The notes under the pieces: generated by a model
What the model was told of the DNA's origin: nothing
Seen by the model: the letters and a program-made list of their open reading frames with translations, nothing else
The model's database searches: none
Made by a program: the position numbers and the translations under genes
From: Paludibacteraceae bacterium
Lineage (GTDB): Bacteria; Bacteroidota; Bacteroidia; Bacteroidales; Paludibacteraceae
DNA: 64,000 nucleotides
Assembly: GCA_035369865.1 (NCBI GenBank)
Contig: DAOOVG010000001.1
Coordinates: 2,519 to 66,518 of the forward strand
Direction: 5' to 3'
In this document: in pieces, positions 49,324 to 60,847 of the stretch
Layout of the letters: each line of letters opens with the position of its first letter
How positions within the stretch are numbered: position 1 is the stretch's first letter

Positions 49324-50358
49324 TTATCTTGATCTGATTTCTTGACGCATAAATAGATAATAACTTATTGCAAACAAAAGAATAGTTCCTGCAATAAGTC
49401 CGGTTACTTGCGGCCAAACCATGAGCAAACTTTGACCAAGAGGCAGGGGTGTAGGAAGAGCACCCTCCACTTGTGACATTGTTAATGCTCCCAGACTTCT
49501 TACCGATGGCATGAGAAGAGTAATATTGGCATCACTAAAAAGCTGGCTGGGATTTAATCTCATTAAATTTAAAATTCCATTTTGAAAGTTTACGATTTGT
49601 TGTTCTGTAACCATTCCTCTTGGAGCCAAGCCTTTGGCAAGCAACTCAATAATCATATTATAAAAAACGCTGAAAAAAAGCCACACTGCAATACCTGATA
49701 AAGCAGAAGTAGCTGGTTGCCTAAAAGTTACTGAAAAAAGAATAGATAAATTAAGCCAGAAGGCGACATAAACTATACTAATTATCAAGTAAAATAATAT
49801 TCGAAACAATTCATCGGAGGAAGGAGGAATTCCTAAAGCAATCAATCCGCAACCAATTACCAGCAGTCCCAATGTAAAGAAAAGAAAACTTACCACCATC
49901 AATGCAGCCATAAATTTTGCATTGATAATGTAATCTCTGTAAATAGGCTGGCTTAAGATTCTACTTAAAGTTCCTCTGTTGTATTCTGAATTAATAGCAT
50001 CAAATCCTAAACTTATCCCAAGCAAAGGTGCCAGAAAACTGATAAAAATGATAAAAGGTGGCAAAGTGCCATCAGATAAAGTAAATAATTTTAGAAAAAA
50101 GAAACTGTCGCTCCCAACGCTGGCAGAAGATTTTGCAAACTGCCCCAAAGCTGTATAAAGTGACCCCATGCAGGTTAGCACAATTAATAAAATCATTACA
50201 ATAAATCGCCAGCTCGTTACTTGATCTGATATTTCCTTTGAAACCATTACCCAGAAAGGATGTTTTACTTTCGTTTTTTTCATAACCGACAAGTTTGTTT
50301 CAAAAGTAGGTTGAAAATAACCAGAGAATTTTTCTGCAGAAGAAAAAGTATTATTCAT
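49324..50358 (-). CDS. ABC-2-type transporter permease
   Basis: Six-TM pattern. I chose the start at the MNNTF ATG (50358), which overlaps the ATPase stop in an ATGA-type arrangement. Confidence 0.65.
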   Translation of the reverse strand: MNNTFSSAEKFSGYFQPTFETNLSVMKKTKVKHPFWVMVSKEISDQVTSWRFIVMILLIVLTCMGSLYTALGQFAKSSASVGSDSFFFLKLFTLSDGTLPPFIIFISFLAPLLGISLGFDAINSEYNRGTLSRILSQPIYRDYIINAKFMAALMVVSFLFFTLGLLVIGCGLIALGIPPSSDELFRILFYLIISIVYVAFWLNLSILFSVTFRQPATSALSGIAVWLFFSVFYNMIIELLAKGLAPRGMVTEQQIVNFQNGILNLMRLNPSQLFSDANITLLMPSVRSLGALTMSQVEGALPTPLPLGQSLLMVWPQVTGLIAGTILLFAISYYLFMRQEIRSR

Positions 50359-51106
50359 CTTGATTTCCTCCTTCAAAAAATTGATTGTACACATCTTCCA
50401 AGCTGTGAGTTTCATCATTAAATACTTGTTTAGATAATGTTGGAATATCACCTGCAGCAATTAATTTTCCTTTTGAAAAAATTCCAACTGCATCACAAAC
50501 TTGTTCCACCTGATGAAGATTATGAGAAGAAAAAAGAATAGTTAATCCTTGCTCTTTACGTAATCGCAAAATTAAGTCCAGAAATGATTTTACTCCTTGA
50601 GGGTCAATTCCGGAAGTTGGCTCGTCCAGAATAATCATTTCAGGATTTTTTATTAGTACATCTGCCAAACCAAGTCGCTGACGCATTCCACGAGAGTACT
50701 GTCCAGCTTTTTTATTTTCAACACCTTCCAGACCAACTAACTGAAAAAGTTCCAATGCTTTTTTTCGGGCTTCTTCTTCGGGAATGCGGTTCAGCATGGC
50801 GGTGTAAACGAGGTTATACAGTCCTGTTCTGTTATCATAAAATCCCACATCTTCAGGTAAATATCCTACTTTTCGTTTTACTTCGATAGGATAACGTGTC
50901 GGGTTGATACCACAAACTTCAACTTTTCCTTCAGTTGGTTCGGTTAATCCTAACATCATCAAGATGGTGGTAGATTTTCCTGCCCCATTAGGACCTAAAA
51001 AACCAAATATTTCCCCTTTTTTTACCGATAAATTTATCTGATCAACAGCCGTAAAAGATTTATATTTTTTTGTCAAATTAACCAATTCAACCATTATTTC
51101 GGACAT
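50351..51106 (-). CDS. ABC transporter ATP-binding protein
   Basis: Walker A motif GPNGAGKST, signature YSRGMRQR, Walker B motif IILDEPTSGID. The start is MSEIMVEL, 2 nt after the upstream stop. Confidence 0.85.
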   Translation of the reverse strand: MSEIMVELVNLTKKYKSFTAVDQINLSVKKGEIFGFLGPNGAGKSTTILMMLGLTEPTEGKVEVCGINPTRYPIEVKRKVGYLPEDVGFYDNRTGLYNLVYTAMLNRIPEEEARKKALELFQLVGLEGVENKKAGQYSRGMRQRLGLADVLIKNPEMIILDEPTSGIDPQGVKSFLDLILRLRKEQGLTILFSSHNLHQVEQVCDAVGIFSKGKLIAAGDIPTLSKQVFNDETHSLEDVYNQFFEGGNQDE

Positions 51107-51108
51107 AG

Positions 51109-52275
51109 TTACCTCCTTCCGAATTTTCTGAATAAATAAAATACGCCACCTAAAGCTGCTAATATAATGATGATTCCTATCCAGCCCCACACCATAGAAG
51201 TTTTAACCATTACTCTAAATGATATATCAGCAGTAGCTTCAGGAGTGCTGGCATTAATATTAACAATATAATCACCCGGAATAGCTTTTTTATCGGCATG
51301 TAGAGTGGCATTGACAGTAGCTTGTTCTCCAGGAAGTAATTTGTCTATTTTTGATGGTTCAAAAGTGACTTCCCATTTAGATGGAGTTGTTGCTTTCATT
51401 TCAATTCCAGATAAATCAGCGGACCCTGTATTTTTAACAACAAGTGTTACTTTCTTTTCTTTTCCAGCTGTAATGTTTGTGCTTACCAAACCTGTTGGAG
51501 TAGTGAGTTCTATGGCATAATTTCCTGTAATTACTACTTCCAGTTCTAAGTCAGCCGAAGTAGAACCTGTCACTGCACGCACTGGTATTTTGTAAGTTCC
51601 TGATTTTACTTTTGCATTAGGTTTTATATCGATGGTAATATCTTTGGTAGTATTGGGTTCCATTTCAACAGAAGTAACTTGCTTATAATCAGCATTAAAA
51701 GTAACAGTCCAACCTCTTGGGGCGTCGGCTATCAAGGCATAATGTTGTTTCTCGGCTGTCCTGTTTTTGAGCGTTGTTCTAAATGAAAAATTTGATGTTG
51801 CATTTCCCTGCATATTTGCTTGATCTGTGGTAAATTCTGTCTCGCTTGAACCTTTTTCAGTGACCGTAATCCTTAAGGTTAAAGAGGCAGAATCACCTGC
51901 TGCAACTCTAAAAGCATAAGTCCCTTTATTTACCTGAAAAGGAACTTCCACTTTTAAGGAAAGACTCTTTTTTTCTTTCGGAAGAACAGCAATTCTTCCT
52001 ACTTTATACCCGTCCAGCCTCAATATGTAGTTCCAATTCCTTGGAATACCATTGATATTTATTTCTTGATTAAAAATGGATTCACCATTGTTAATAATAT
52101 CAATTGTATAATCAACTGATTCTCCTGGCGAAACAAATACCTGTGTATAAGGAGTATACACTAACACGTTTTTAGAAGCAAAGGAAGTTAAAAATGAAAA
52201 GAAAATAAAAAAACATAAAAGAATCAAGTGTTGATTAAAAGATTTTTTCCATAATTTCATAAAAATTCCTCCCAT
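51109..52275 (-). CDS. NEW3/CARDB-like repeat protein with signal peptide and C-terminal TM anchor (COG1470-like)
   Basis: 388 aa with several Ig-like repeats containing the ...PGDY / ...SGTYKIPV pattern. The C-terminal TM is WGWIGIIIILAALGGVFYLF. It is the first gene of an operon with the ABC ATPase and permease. Confidence 0.55.
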   Translation of the reverse strand: MGGIFMKLWKKSFNQHLILLCFFIFFSFLTSFASKNVLVYTPYTQVFVSPGESVDYTIDIINNGESIFNQEININGIPRNWNYILRLDGYKVGRIAVLPKEKKSLSLKVEVPFQVNKGTYAFRVAAGDSASLTLRITVTEKGSSETEFTTDQANMQGNATSNFSFRTTLKNRTAEKQHYALIADAPRGWTVTFNADYKQVTSVEMEPNTTKDITIDIKPNAKVKSGTYKIPVRAVTGSTSADLELEVVITGNYAIELTTPTGLVSTNITAGKEKKVTLVVKNTGSADLSGIEMKATTPSKWEVTFEPSKIDKLLPGEQATVNATLHADKKAIPGDYIVNINASTPEATADISFRVMVKTSMVWGWIGIIIILAALGGVFYLFRKFGRR

Positions 52276-52687
52276 TCTTTAAGTATGTTTATGTAATACG
52301 ATTGCAAGTTTAGTAAATTATTTTATTTATAAATGTTAATTTTTTTAAAAAATTAAAATCGTATTTTAAAGCAAGATAAGTTGTATTTCTTTTTTATCAA
52401 TTATTCTAAATTAAATTGATAATCTGCAATTTATTTATAGATTAAGAAGTTTGTTGATCAACCATGCTTTTCCCAAATAGAATGTTCTGTTTAATAATAT
52501 AAAAATTTTTTCTGATTATTTTCTTTTAAAAATATTTAAAATATATTTTATGATTAAATGAAGATTTTTTTATAACTTTGAAAATCAAACAAGAAAAAAA
52601 TTATTTCACTCAATAATACTCATAATCATGGGATACTATTTAAAATGTGTTATATAAAATATTTTTTATTTAATTTTTTTGAAGAAG

Positions 52688-52719
52688 TTTGGTTGTTATT
52701 TTAAAAAGCCATATTTTTG
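52688..52719 (+). promoter_or_regulatory. Bacteroidota sigma-A-type promoter (-33 TTTG / -7 TATTTTTG, 20-nt spacer)
   Basis: TTTG lies at 52688-52691 and TATTTTTG at 52712-52719, matching the TTTG / TAnnTTTG consensus. Confidence 0.5.
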
Positions 52720-52725
52720 CACTGT

Positions 52726-52800
52726 AATTTTTTTCATAGTATTAGATTTTAAGGTTAACAGAAAAGATTGGTAGTCAAGCGTGACTACCTTTTCTTTTTT
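52726..52800 (+). ncRNA. Candidate ~75-nt small RNA (own promoter, own intrinsic terminator), unknown family
   Basis: It starts a few nt after the -7 box. It ends with GGTAGTCA-AGCG-TGACTACC (8-bp stem, 52770-52789) followed by TTTTCTTTTTT. It contains no ATG. purD has its own promoter further downstream. Confidence 0.35.
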
Positions 52801-52865
52801 GTAGAACTTTTTGCTGTTTTTTTACTTCCTTTTCCACTCATCAACTTTTTCAACCTTCCTATTAT

Positions 52866-52897
52866 TTTGTTCAGCTCTAAAAATTAAATTATTTTTG
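52866..52897 (+). promoter_or_regulatory. Putative purD promoter (-33 TTTG / -7 TATTTTTG, 20-nt spacer)
   Basis: TTTG lies at 52866-52869 and TATTTTTG at 52890-52897, 19 nt upstream of the purD ATG. Confidence 0.5.
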
Positions 52898-52915
52898 TAC
52901 GAAAAATAATTTGTT

Positions 52916-54184
52916 ATGAATATTCTCATCCTTGGTTCAGGTGGACGTGAACATGCCATTGCCTGGAAAATTTCACAAAGTCCAAAGGTTACTTGTCTGT
53001 ATATTGCTCCAGGAAATGCTGGAACTTCCTCTATAGGAACCAATTTGCCTATCGAAGTAAATGATTTTGAGTCAATAAAAGAAGCTGTAAAGAATTTTCA
53101 AATTAACTATGTGATTGTGGGACCTGAAGAGCCCCTTGTTAAAGGAATTGTTGATTTTTTTCAACAAGATGAAGATTTGAAAAAAGTTTCTATGATTGGT
53201 CCTAATAAAAGGGCTGCTCAGTTGGAAGGAAGCAAAGATTTTGCAAAAAACTTTATGTTTCGTCATGGTATTCCAACTGCAAAATATTTAAGTGTTACTG
53301 CCACAAATCTGGAAGAAGGAATAGATTTCTTAAAAAAAATGCGTCCGCCTTATGTTTTAAAAGCTGATGGGTTGGCAGCAGGGAAAGGTGTAGAAATAAT
53401 TTCTGAACTTGAAAAAGCTCAGGAAGAACTGAGAATAATGCTCGAAGGAAAATTTGGAACAGCAAGTCAAAAAGTAGTAATTGAAGAATTTCTTTCTGGA
53501 ATAGAATGTTCTGTTTTTGTAATCACTGATGGAGAAAATTATAAAATTTTACCAGTAGCCAAAGATTACAAGCGAATTGGAGAAGGCGATACTGGTTTAA
53601 ATACAGGTGGTATGGGAGCAATTTCCCCAGTTTCGTTTGCTGACGAAGCGTTTATGCAGAAAGTAGAAAAAAAGATTATTCAGCCAACTATTCAAGGGTT
53701 GTATGAGGAAGGAATTGTTTATAAAGGTTTTATATTTTTTGGATTAATGAAAGTGGACAGTGAACCTTATGTCATTGAATACAATGTTCGGTTGGGTGAT
53801 CCTGAAACGGAAGCTATTATGCCTCGCATTTCTTCTGATCTGGTAGATTTGTTGGAAGGAATTACCTATTGTAATTTGAATGAAAAAAAGCTGGAAATTG
53901 ATTCTCGCTTTGTAGCAACAGTTATATTGGCTTCAGGCGGTTATCCTGAAAAGTATGAGAAAGGAAAGGTAATCACTGGTTTAGAAAAAGTAAAAGATAG
54001 CATTGTCTTTCATTCTGGTACTGCTTTTAAAGATGGTAAAATTGTAACTAATGGTGGACGAGTGTTGGCAATTAGTTCCTATGGCAAAACAAAAGAAGAA
54101 GCATTGGAATTATCTTATCGAAATGCTGAAAAGATTCAGTTTGAAAATAAATATTATCGAAAAGATATAGGTTTTGATCTTTAA
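52916..54184 (+). CDS. purD: Phosphoribosylamine-glycine ligase
   Basis: 422 aa with [18 protein letters not shown], an ATP-grasp core and a GGRVLA motif. Confidence 0.9.
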   Translation: MNILILGSGGREHAIAWKISQSPKVTCLYIAPGNAGTSSIGTNLPIEVNDFESIKEAVKNFQINYVIVGPEEPLVKGIVDFFQQDEDLKKVSMIGPNKRAAQLEGSKDFAKNFMFRHGIPTAKYLSVTATNLEEGIDFLKKMRPPYVLKADGLAAGKGVEIISELEKAQEELRIMLEGKFGTASQKVVIEEFLSGIECSVFVITDGENYKILPVAKDYKRIGEGDTGLNTGGMGAISPVSFADEAFMQKVEKKIIQPTIQGLYEEGIVYKGFIFFGLMKVDSEPYVIEYNVRLGDPETEAIMPRISSDLVDLLEGITYCNLNEKKLEIDSRFVATVILASGGYPEKYEKGKVITGLEKVKDSIVFHSGTAFKDGKIVTNGGRVLAISSYGKTKEEALELSYRNAEKIQFENKYYRKDIGFDL

Positions 54185-54263
54185 AAATGGGAATAATACA
54201 CATAATTTCCTGGTAATCTTCTCCTTTTTTCTCTTTTTAACAAAATAATGAAAGAAATCAATC

Positions 54264-54950
54264 ATGAAAAAAATAATTGTTGCTATTGATGGACCTTCGT
54301 CGTGCGGAAAAAGTACCATTGCCAAAGAATTGGCTCGTGATGTGGGATATGTTTATGTCGATACAGGAGCAATGTATCGAGCAGTAGCTTTATATTGTTT
54401 ACAAAATGGCTGGTTAAAGGATTCTTCCCTTGATGAAGAAGCTTTAAAGAAAAATATAAAATCTCTCAAAATCGAATTTAAAACCAATGAAAAGGGAGAA
54501 ACAGAAACTTATTTGAATGGCAGGAATATTGAAAAAGAAATTCGTTCGTTAGAAGTAGCAAATGCAGCAAGTCAAATCAGTACGTTAGATTTTGTTCGGA
54601 AGGAAATGGTTTGTCAGCAGCAAGAAATGGGGAAAGAGAAAGGAATTGTGATGGATGGTCGTGATATAGGAACAATTGTTTTTCCCGAAGCAGAATTAAA
54701 AATTTTTTTGACTGCCACACCTGAAATCCGTGCTCAAAGACGCATGTTGGAAATGCTGGAAAGAGGTGAAAAGGTAACTTTTGAAGAGGTTTTGAAAAAC
54801 ATCAAAGAACGTGATGAAAGAGATTCGCATCGCTCGGAAAGTCCTTTAAAAAAAGCAAAAGATGCTATTGTAATTGACAATTCTAATCTTACAAAAGAGC
54901 AACAACGAGAATTGGTAAAAACTTTATTTTTAGAAAAGGTGTTATCATAA
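54264..54950 (+). CDS. cmk: (d)CMP kinase
   Basis: 228 aa with [20 protein letters not shown] and GRDIGT. Confidence 0.9.
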   Translation: MKKIIVAIDGPSSCGKSTIAKELARDVGYVYVDTGAMYRAVALYCLQNGWLKDSSLDEEALKKNIKSLKIEFKTNEKGETETYLNGRNIEKEIRSLEVANAASQISTLDFVRKEMVCQQQEMGKEKGIVMDGRDIGTIVFPEAELKIFLTATPEIRAQRRMLEMLERGEKVTFEEVLKNIKERDERDSHRSESPLKKAKDAIVIDNSNLTKEQQRELVKTLFLEKVLS

Positions 54951-54981
54951 CAATAACGAAATTTCTTATCGTACTTTTTTC

Positions 54982-55878
54982 TTGTCATTTACTAAAAAAT
55001 TTTATAAACTTTTTCTCTTGAAAATAGAAATAGATAAAAAATCGGGTTTTTGTTTTGGAGTTGTAAAAGCAATTGCCAAAGCCGAAGAAGAATTGGCAAA
55101 AGGGGAACCTCTTTATTGTTTAGGCGATATTGTTCACAATGAAGAAGAAGTTAAACGATTAGAAAAAATGGGGTTAATCACTATTGATTATGAACAATTT
55201 AAACAATTGCATGATGTAAGGGTTCTGATTCGTGCTCATGGCGAGCCTCCGCTTACTTATCAAATTGCTCGAGAAAATAACATTACCTTAATTGATGCCA
55301 CGTGTCCTGTCGTTTTAAAATTACAATCCAGCATCAAAAAAACATATGAAGCCATTTCTTCGGAGGAACAAATTGTAATTTACGGGCAGGAAGGTCATGC
55401 AGAAGTAAGAGGATTGGTAGGACAAACCAATGATAATGCTATTGTTGTAGAAAATGAAGAAGATTTGAAAAAAATTGATTTTACTAAAAAAATTCATTTA
55501 TTTTCGCAAACTACCAAAGATTTGGAAAGTTTTAACCATTTGGCAACAACTATTTCAGAAAAAATAAAGAAAAAAGAAAATTTAAAAATAAGCGATACAA
55601 TTTGTCGTCAGGTGGCGAATAGAATCCCAAATATTACTAATTTTGCACGGCAACATGATATTATTTTATTTATAAGTGGCAAAAAAAGTTCTAATGGGAA
55701 AGTGCTGTTTGAACATTGTAAGAAAATAAATCCCAATACTTTTTACATTTACAATTGTAATCAAATTGATAATATGACGATTGACCTTACAAAAAAAATA
55801 GGTATTTGTGGGGCAACTTCCACACCCAAATGGTTGATGGAATGTGTAGCAGAAAAATTAAGACAAAAAGTTAATTAA
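54982..55878 (+). CDS. ispH: 4-hydroxy-3-methylbut-2-enyl diphosphate reductase
   Basis: [18 protein letters not shown] and CPVVLK motifs carry the cluster-ligand cysteines. The true start may be the TTG at 55018 ([15 protein letters not shown]). Confidence 0.85.
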   Translation: MSFTKKFYKLFLLKIEIDKKSGFCFGVVKAIAKAEEELAKGEPLYCLGDIVHNEEEVKRLEKMGLITIDYEQFKQLHDVRVLIRAHGEPPLTYQIARENNITLIDATCPVVLKLQSSIKKTYEAISSEEQIVIYGQEGHAEVRGLVGQTNDNAIVVENEEDLKKIDFTKKIHLFSQTTKDLESFNHLATTISEKIKKKENLKISDTICRQVANRIPNITNFARQHDIILFISGKKSSNGKVLFEHCKKINPNTFYIYNCNQIDNMTIDLTKKIGICGATSTPKWLMECVAEKLRQKVN

Positions 55879-55913
55879 CAATTTTAAAGAAATTAATTGA
55901 AAAACTTATCATA

Positions 55914-56897
55914 ATGGAATATAGTATTAAATGTATCGGTTTACTTACTTCTGGAGGTGATGCTCCGGGAATGAATGCTGCAATCCGAGCAGTAACACGG
56001 ACAGCTATTTTTAATGGAATTCGTGTAAAAGCCATTTACAGAGGATATAGAGGACTTATTACGGGTGAAATTACAGAGTTTAAAACAGAAAATGTAAGTA
56101 ATATTATTCAACAAGGGGGAACTATTTTAAAAACTGCCCGTTGTGATGAATTTATGGCACCTGAAGGTCGTAAATTAGCTTACAAAAACATGCAAAAAGA
56201 AGAGATTGATGCTTTAATTGTTATTGGTGGTGATGGAACTTTTACAGGTGCTCGTATTTTTGCTCAAGAATTTAATGTCCCGATTATTGGAATTCCGGGA
56301 ACCATTGATAATGATTTGTATGGAACGGATGTAACAATTGGTTTTGATACCGCTTTAAATACCATCATAGAAGCGGTTGATAAGATTCGTGACACTGCTT
56401 CGTCGCATGAACGTTTGTTTTTCATTGAAGTGATGGGACGCGATGCTGGTTTTCTGGCTTTAAATAGTGCGTTGGCTTCAGGAGCAGAAGCTGCCATTAT
56501 TCCGGAACGAGAAACAAAAGTAGATCAATTGGAAGAAGTAATTAAAAATGGTTTCAGAAAATCCAAAAATAGCAGTATTGTTATTGTAACTGAGAGCAAA
56601 GTGACTGGTGGAGCTAACGGTTTGGCTGCACGTATGCGAAAAGAACATCCTGAATATGATGTACGAGTAACTATTTTGGGGCATATTCAACGCGGAGGTT
56701 CTCCTTCCGTTTCTGACAGAATTTTGGCAAGCCGAATGGGAGTGGCTGCAGTTGAAGCTTTACTGGACGAACAACGCAGTGTTATGATTGGTGTTGTTAA
56801 TAATGAAATTGTAAATGTGCCGTTTACAAAAGCTATCAAATATAATAAACCCATAGATGAAGATTTGCTCCAAATCATTCAGGTTTTATCCATTTAA
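55914..56897 (+). CDS. pfkA: ATP-dependent 6-phosphofructokinase
   Basis: 327 aa with [32 protein letters not shown] and MGR motifs. Confidence 0.9.
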   Translation: MEYSIKCIGLLTSGGDAPGMNAAIRAVTRTAIFNGIRVKAIYRGYRGLITGEITEFKTENVSNIIQQGGTILKTARCDEFMAPEGRKLAYKNMQKEEIDALIVIGGDGTFTGARIFAQEFNVPIIGIPGTIDNDLYGTDVTIGFDTALNTIIEAVDKIRDTASSHERLFFIEVMGRDAGFLALNSALASGAEAAIIPERETKVDQLEEVIKNGFRKSKNSSIVIVTESKVTGGANGLAARMRKEHPEYDVRVTILGHIQRGGSPSVSDRILASRMGVAAVEALLDEQRSVMIGVVNNEIVNVPFTKAIKYNKPIDEDLLQIIQVLSI

Positions 56898-57115
56898 TGG
56901 GGAAAAGATGAATTCCAAACAAAACAGAAAATCGCATATTGTTTTTCCTGTTTTCCACACTTTTTTGCAACACTCTTATAAGTATTTGAATTCTATGTTC
57001 AACTTAGAAGTGCAAATTTCCTGATAATTTTTACATAGGTTTTTTTAAAACAAAACTATAAAAAACATTGCAGGGGATTGCCAAGCGGCTGGGGGTGCAA
57101 AACCCCCAAAGAGTG

Positions 57116-57354
57116 TTAGCCCACATTGCAGGTATTATCGAGTTAAGTACCTGTAAAAAAGTGGATGTTTTTTTGAGGAGGGGCCTTTGGGTGCCACACA
57201 ATGGTACTTTTTCTTTCTCTACTCAAAAATTTAAAGCGAATTAACTTGACAGGGTCAATTTTTAGCGAAAAAACAATCAATTTCTGCAGAAAAGTATCTA
57301 AATTTTGATTATTATTAACAATCAGGGAACGCATACCCTGCAATGTGGGTTAGG
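57116..57354. repeat. ~240-bp unit bounded by 17-nt inverted repeats (MITE-like or inverton-like), with a third partial motif copy at 57065-57075
   Basis: The left arm is TTAGCCCACATTGCAGG (57116-57132). The right arm at 57336-57354 reads CCTAACCCACATTGCAGGG on the other strand. A direct partial copy, ACATTGCAGGG, lies at 57065-57075. The interior and left flank are locally GC-richer than the surroundings. Confidence 0.55.
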
Positions 57355-57360
57355 ATTTTT

Positions 57361-58116
57361 TTAATCTTTAAATTTAGCAGATAAATATTCTCTATTCAAA
57401 CGAGCTATGTTGGAAATTGAAACATTTTTCGGACATTCTGCTTCACAAGCTCGTGTGTTAGTACAATTCCCAAATCCAAGTTCTTCCATTTTAGCCACCA
57501 TTGCTTTAGCTCGCTTAGCTGCTTCTACTTTCCCCTGAGGTAAAAGTGCCAGATGACTTACCTTTGCAGCAACAAACAACATGGCAGAAGCATTTTTACA
57601 AGCAGCTACACACGCACCACAGCCAATACAAGTAGCAGCATCCATAGCTTCATCTGCACGATCCTTTGGAATAAGAATATTATTGGCATCAGGAGCTCCT
57701 CCTGTGTTTACTGAAATAAAACCTCCCGCTTGAATGATTTTATCAAAAGCACTTCGGTCGACAATCAAATCTTTCACAACAGGAAAAGCAGCCGACCGCC
57801 ATGGTTCAACAACAATGGTATCGCCATCTTTAAATTTTCGCATGTGAAGCTGACAAGTAGTAACCTCTGTATCAGGACCGTGAGGATGTCCATTGATATA
57901 CAAACCACACATGCCACAAATTCCTTCACGACAATCATGGTCAAAGGCTACAGGCTCGATATGTTCTTTAATTAATTTTTCATTCAATATATCCAGCATT
58001 TCCAAAAAAGAACTATCGGTTGGAACATTTTCTAAATTATAAGTTTCAAACTTTCCCTTAGCTTTGGCACTGACTTGCCGCCATATTTTTAAGGTAATAT
58101 TTATTGTTTTCTCCAT
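57361..58116 (-). CDS. sdhB: Succinate dehydrogenase / fumarate reductase iron-sulfur subunit
   Basis: 251 aa with 2Fe-2S (CREGICGMC), 4Fe-4S ([11 protein letters not shown]) and 3Fe-4S ([12 protein letters not shown]) Cys clusters. Confidence 0.9.
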   Translation of the reverse strand: MEKTINITLKIWRQVSAKAKGKFETYNLENVPTDSSFLEMLDILNEKLIKEHIEPVAFDHDCREGICGMCGLYINGHPHGPDTEVTTCQLHMRKFKDGDTIVVEPWRSAAFPVVKDLIVDRSAFDKIIQAGGFISVNTGGAPDANNILIPKDRADEAMDAATCIGCGACVAACKNASAMLFVAAKVSHLALLPQGKVEAAKRAKAMVAKMEELGFGNCTNTRACEAECPKNVSISNIARLNREYLSAKFKD

Positions 58117-58152
58117 AAAAACTGATATTTTTTTAAAAAGACTTTCTGTTTC

Positions 58153-60129
58153 TTATTCTTTATAATTTCTTTGCTGAAGTTGAATAAATTCAAATTTGAG
58201 TGGTTCTTTCAACAAAATGGGTTCTGTATCTTCTCCGGTATATTTCCAACAAGAAACAAACGAAAATTTCTCATCATTACGCAGCGCTTCTCCCTCAGGA
58301 GTTTGATATTCTTCACGAAAATGCCCTCCACAAGACTCTTCGCGTAACAATGCATCACGAGCAATTAATTCGCCTATATCAATAAAATCAGCCAAACGCA
58401 AAGCTTTTGCCAACTCATTATTAAAATCATACTCATCTCCTGGAACATAAACGTTAGTCAAAAACTCCTTTTGAATATCTTTAATTTTTTCCAATGCAAT
58501 TTGAAGTCCTTCCCTATTCCTCGACATTCCTACTAAATCCCACATTATTAATCCTAATTCACGATGAATAGAATCAACGGTACGTTGTCCTTTTATATTC
58601 ATTATTTTTTTAATTCTTTCGGAAACATTTTTTTCTGCTTCATCAAATTCAGGCAAATCGGTGCCCATACGTGGAACTTGAATCTGATCAGCTAAATAGT
58701 TCTGTATAGTATAAGGCAAGATGAAATAGCCATCGGCAAGTCCTTGCATTAAAGCCGAAGCTCCCAAACGATTAGCCCCGTGATCTGAAAAATTCGCTTC
58801 ACCAATACAAAATAACCCTTTTATCGAAGTTTGAAGTTCATAATCAACCCAAATACCACCCATTGTGTAATGAATAGCAGGATAAATCATCATAGGTGTT
58901 TTATAAGGATTTTCATCAACAATTTTTTCATACATCTGGAATAGATTACCATAACGTTCGCGAATCTCTTCTTCACCTAAACGTTGAATAGCATCTGAAA
59001 AATCAAGATAAACTGCCAGACCCGTATTCCCAACTCCATAACCCGCATCGCAACGTTCTTTAGCAGCACGCGAAGCAATATCACGTGGGACAAGATTCCC
59101 AAAAGCAGGATAACGACGCTCTAAATAATAGTCACGATCTTCTTCTTTCAAATCGGTTGGTTTTAGTTTCCCAGCCCGAATAGCTGCTGCATCTTCTTTT
59201 CTTTTAGGAACCCAAATACGTCCATCGTTTCGTAACGATTCAGACATTAAAGTAAGTTTTGACTGATAATCACCATGCAAAGGAATACATGTAGGATGAA
59301 TTTGCACAAAAGCAGGATTAGCAAAATAAGCACCTTTTCTATATATCTGCATCACAGCGGAACCATTTGAAGCCATCGCATTGGTAGAAAGGAAATAGGT
59401 ATTTCCATAACCTCCGGAAGCAATTACTACTGCATGAGCAAAATAACGTTCAATTCTTCCTGTAATTAAATTACGAGCAATGATTCCGCGAGCACGCCCC
59501 TCAATAATGACCACATCTAACATTTCATAACGAGGATACATTTTGACCGTACCACTGGCAACCTGACGACTCAAAGCCGAATAAGCACCTAACAATAATT
59601 GTTGTCCTGTTTGTCCTTTTGCATAAAAAGTACGGGAAACCTGAGCTCCACCAAACGATCGATTTTCAAGTAATCCTCCATATTCACGAGCAAAAGGTAC
59701 GCCTTGTGCCACACATTGATCAATAATATTATTGGAAACCTCAGCTAAACGATATACATTCGCTTCACGCGAACGAAAATCGCCACCTTTTATCGTATCA
59801 TAAAAAAGCCGAAAGACAGAATCACCATCATTTTGATAATTTTTGGCAGCATTAATTCCACCTTGAGCTGCTATAGAATGTGCACGACGTGGAGAATCCT
59901 GAATACAAAAATTCAGTACATTAAATCCCAATTCACCCAACGAAGCAGCAGCAGATGCTCCTGCCAAACCCGTGCCTACCACAATTACATCTAATTTACG
60001 TTTGTTGGTAGGATTTACCAGTTTTTGATGAGCTTTGTAGTTGGTCCATTTTTCAGCCAAAGATCCTTCTGGAATATGGGCATCAAGAATAAAATTTTCA
60101 CCTTCCTGAGTTTTTTCGTTATTTTTCAT
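58153..60129 (-). CDS. sdhA: Succinate dehydrogenase / fumarate reductase flavoprotein subunit
   Basis: 658 aa with FAD motif [12 protein letters not shown], a [11 protein letters not shown] block (His in the preceding HS), and HYTMGG. Confidence 0.9.
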   Translation of the reverse strand: MKNNEKTQEGENFILDAHIPEGSLAEKWTNYKAHQKLVNPTNKRKLDVIVVGTGLAGASAAASLGELGFNVLNFCIQDSPRRAHSIAAQGGINAAKNYQNDGDSVFRLFYDTIKGGDFRSREANVYRLAEVSNNIIDQCVAQGVPFAREYGGLLENRSFGGAQVSRTFYAKGQTGQQLLLGAYSALSRQVASGTVKMYPRYEMLDVVIIEGRARGIIARNLITGRIERYFAHAVVIASGGYGNTYFLSTNAMASNGSAVMQIYRKGAYFANPAFVQIHPTCIPLHGDYQSKLTLMSESLRNDGRIWVPKRKEDAAAIRAGKLKPTDLKEEDRDYYLERRYPAFGNLVPRDIASRAAKERCDAGYGVGNTGLAVYLDFSDAIQRLGEEEIRERYGNLFQMYEKIVDENPYKTPMMIYPAIHYTMGGIWVDYELQTSIKGLFCIGEANFSDHGANRLGASALMQGLADGYFILPYTIQNYLADQIQVPRMGTDLPEFDEAEKNVSERIKKIMNIKGQRTVDSIHRELGLIMWDLVGMSRNREGLQIALEKIKDIQKEFLTNVYVPGDEYDFNNELAKALRLADFIDIGELIARDALLREESCGGHFREEYQTPEGEALRNDEKFSFVSCWKYTGEDTEPILLKEPLKFEFIQLQQRNYKE

Positions 60130-60172
60130 ATTTGGATTTATATTGATAAGCTTTTCTCTGATTTTTAAAAAT

Positions 60173-60847
60173 TTATTGTAATATATTTACTATCAAATAA
60201 TAAATAGGAACAGACATAAACATTAATACAATAATAGTAGAAACCACATTGCCAATTACTCTTATGCGGGGTAACCATTTTTTATTATTTAATCCTAAAG
60301 AATGTAAAGCACTCCAAACACCATGTGTTAAATGCAACCACAAAGCCACCAACCAAATGATATAAAGAACACAATAAATCCAATGGCTAAAAAGTGAACT
60401 TACATAAGCAGCACCATTCTGTGGATCAAAAGCTCCCGTATGTATTCCTGATAATTCAGCAAACTGCATCTTAAACCAGAAATTATATAAATGTAAAACA
60501 ATGAACCCCACTATTATTACCCCTAATATCAGCATGTGTTTTGATGACCACTCCACATCAGTTGGTGTGGCTTTTACAGCATAACGAACTTCTCCACGAG
60601 CACGAAGATTCAAAAAAGATAAATATAAAGCATACAAAATATGCACTACAAATCCCAATGCCAAAACAAGTGAGCCAATTACAGCATACCAATTTGCTCC
60701 CAAAAAAGCACATATTTGATTATAACTTTCAGGAGAAATAATAACCACAATGTTCATACAACTATGGAATAATAAAAAAAGCACCAGAAAAATTCCTGAA
60801 ATGCTCATGATAAATTTTCTTCCGATGGGAGAATCAATTAGCCACAT
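60173..60847 (-). CDS. sdhC: Succinate dehydrogenase / fumarate reductase cytochrome b subunit (Bacteroidota type)
   Basis: 224 aa with five TM helices containing conserved His residues. It is the first gene of the sdhCAB/frdCAB operon. Confidence 0.8.
   Translation of the reverse strand: MWLIDSPIGRKFIMSISGIFLVLFLLFHSCMNIVVIISPESYNQICAFLGANWYAVIGSLVLALGFVVHILYALYLSFLNLRARGEVRYAVKATPTDVEWSSKHMLILGVIIVGFIVLHLYNFWFKMQFAELSGIHTGAFDPQNGAAYVSSLFSHWIYCVLYIIWLVALWLHLTHGVWSALHSLGLNNKKWLPRIRVIGNVVSTIIVLMFMSVPIYYLIVNILQ

Noticed and set aside
52822-53043. 73-aa minus-strand ORF overlapping the purD start
   Set aside because: It is antisense to the purD promoter and N-terminus, with no supporting signals.
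57143-57343. 66-aa ORF inside the inverted-repeat-bounded element
   Set aside because: It has no recognisable family and no promoter-like boxes, and the element is far too small to encode a transposase. I treated it as non-coding.
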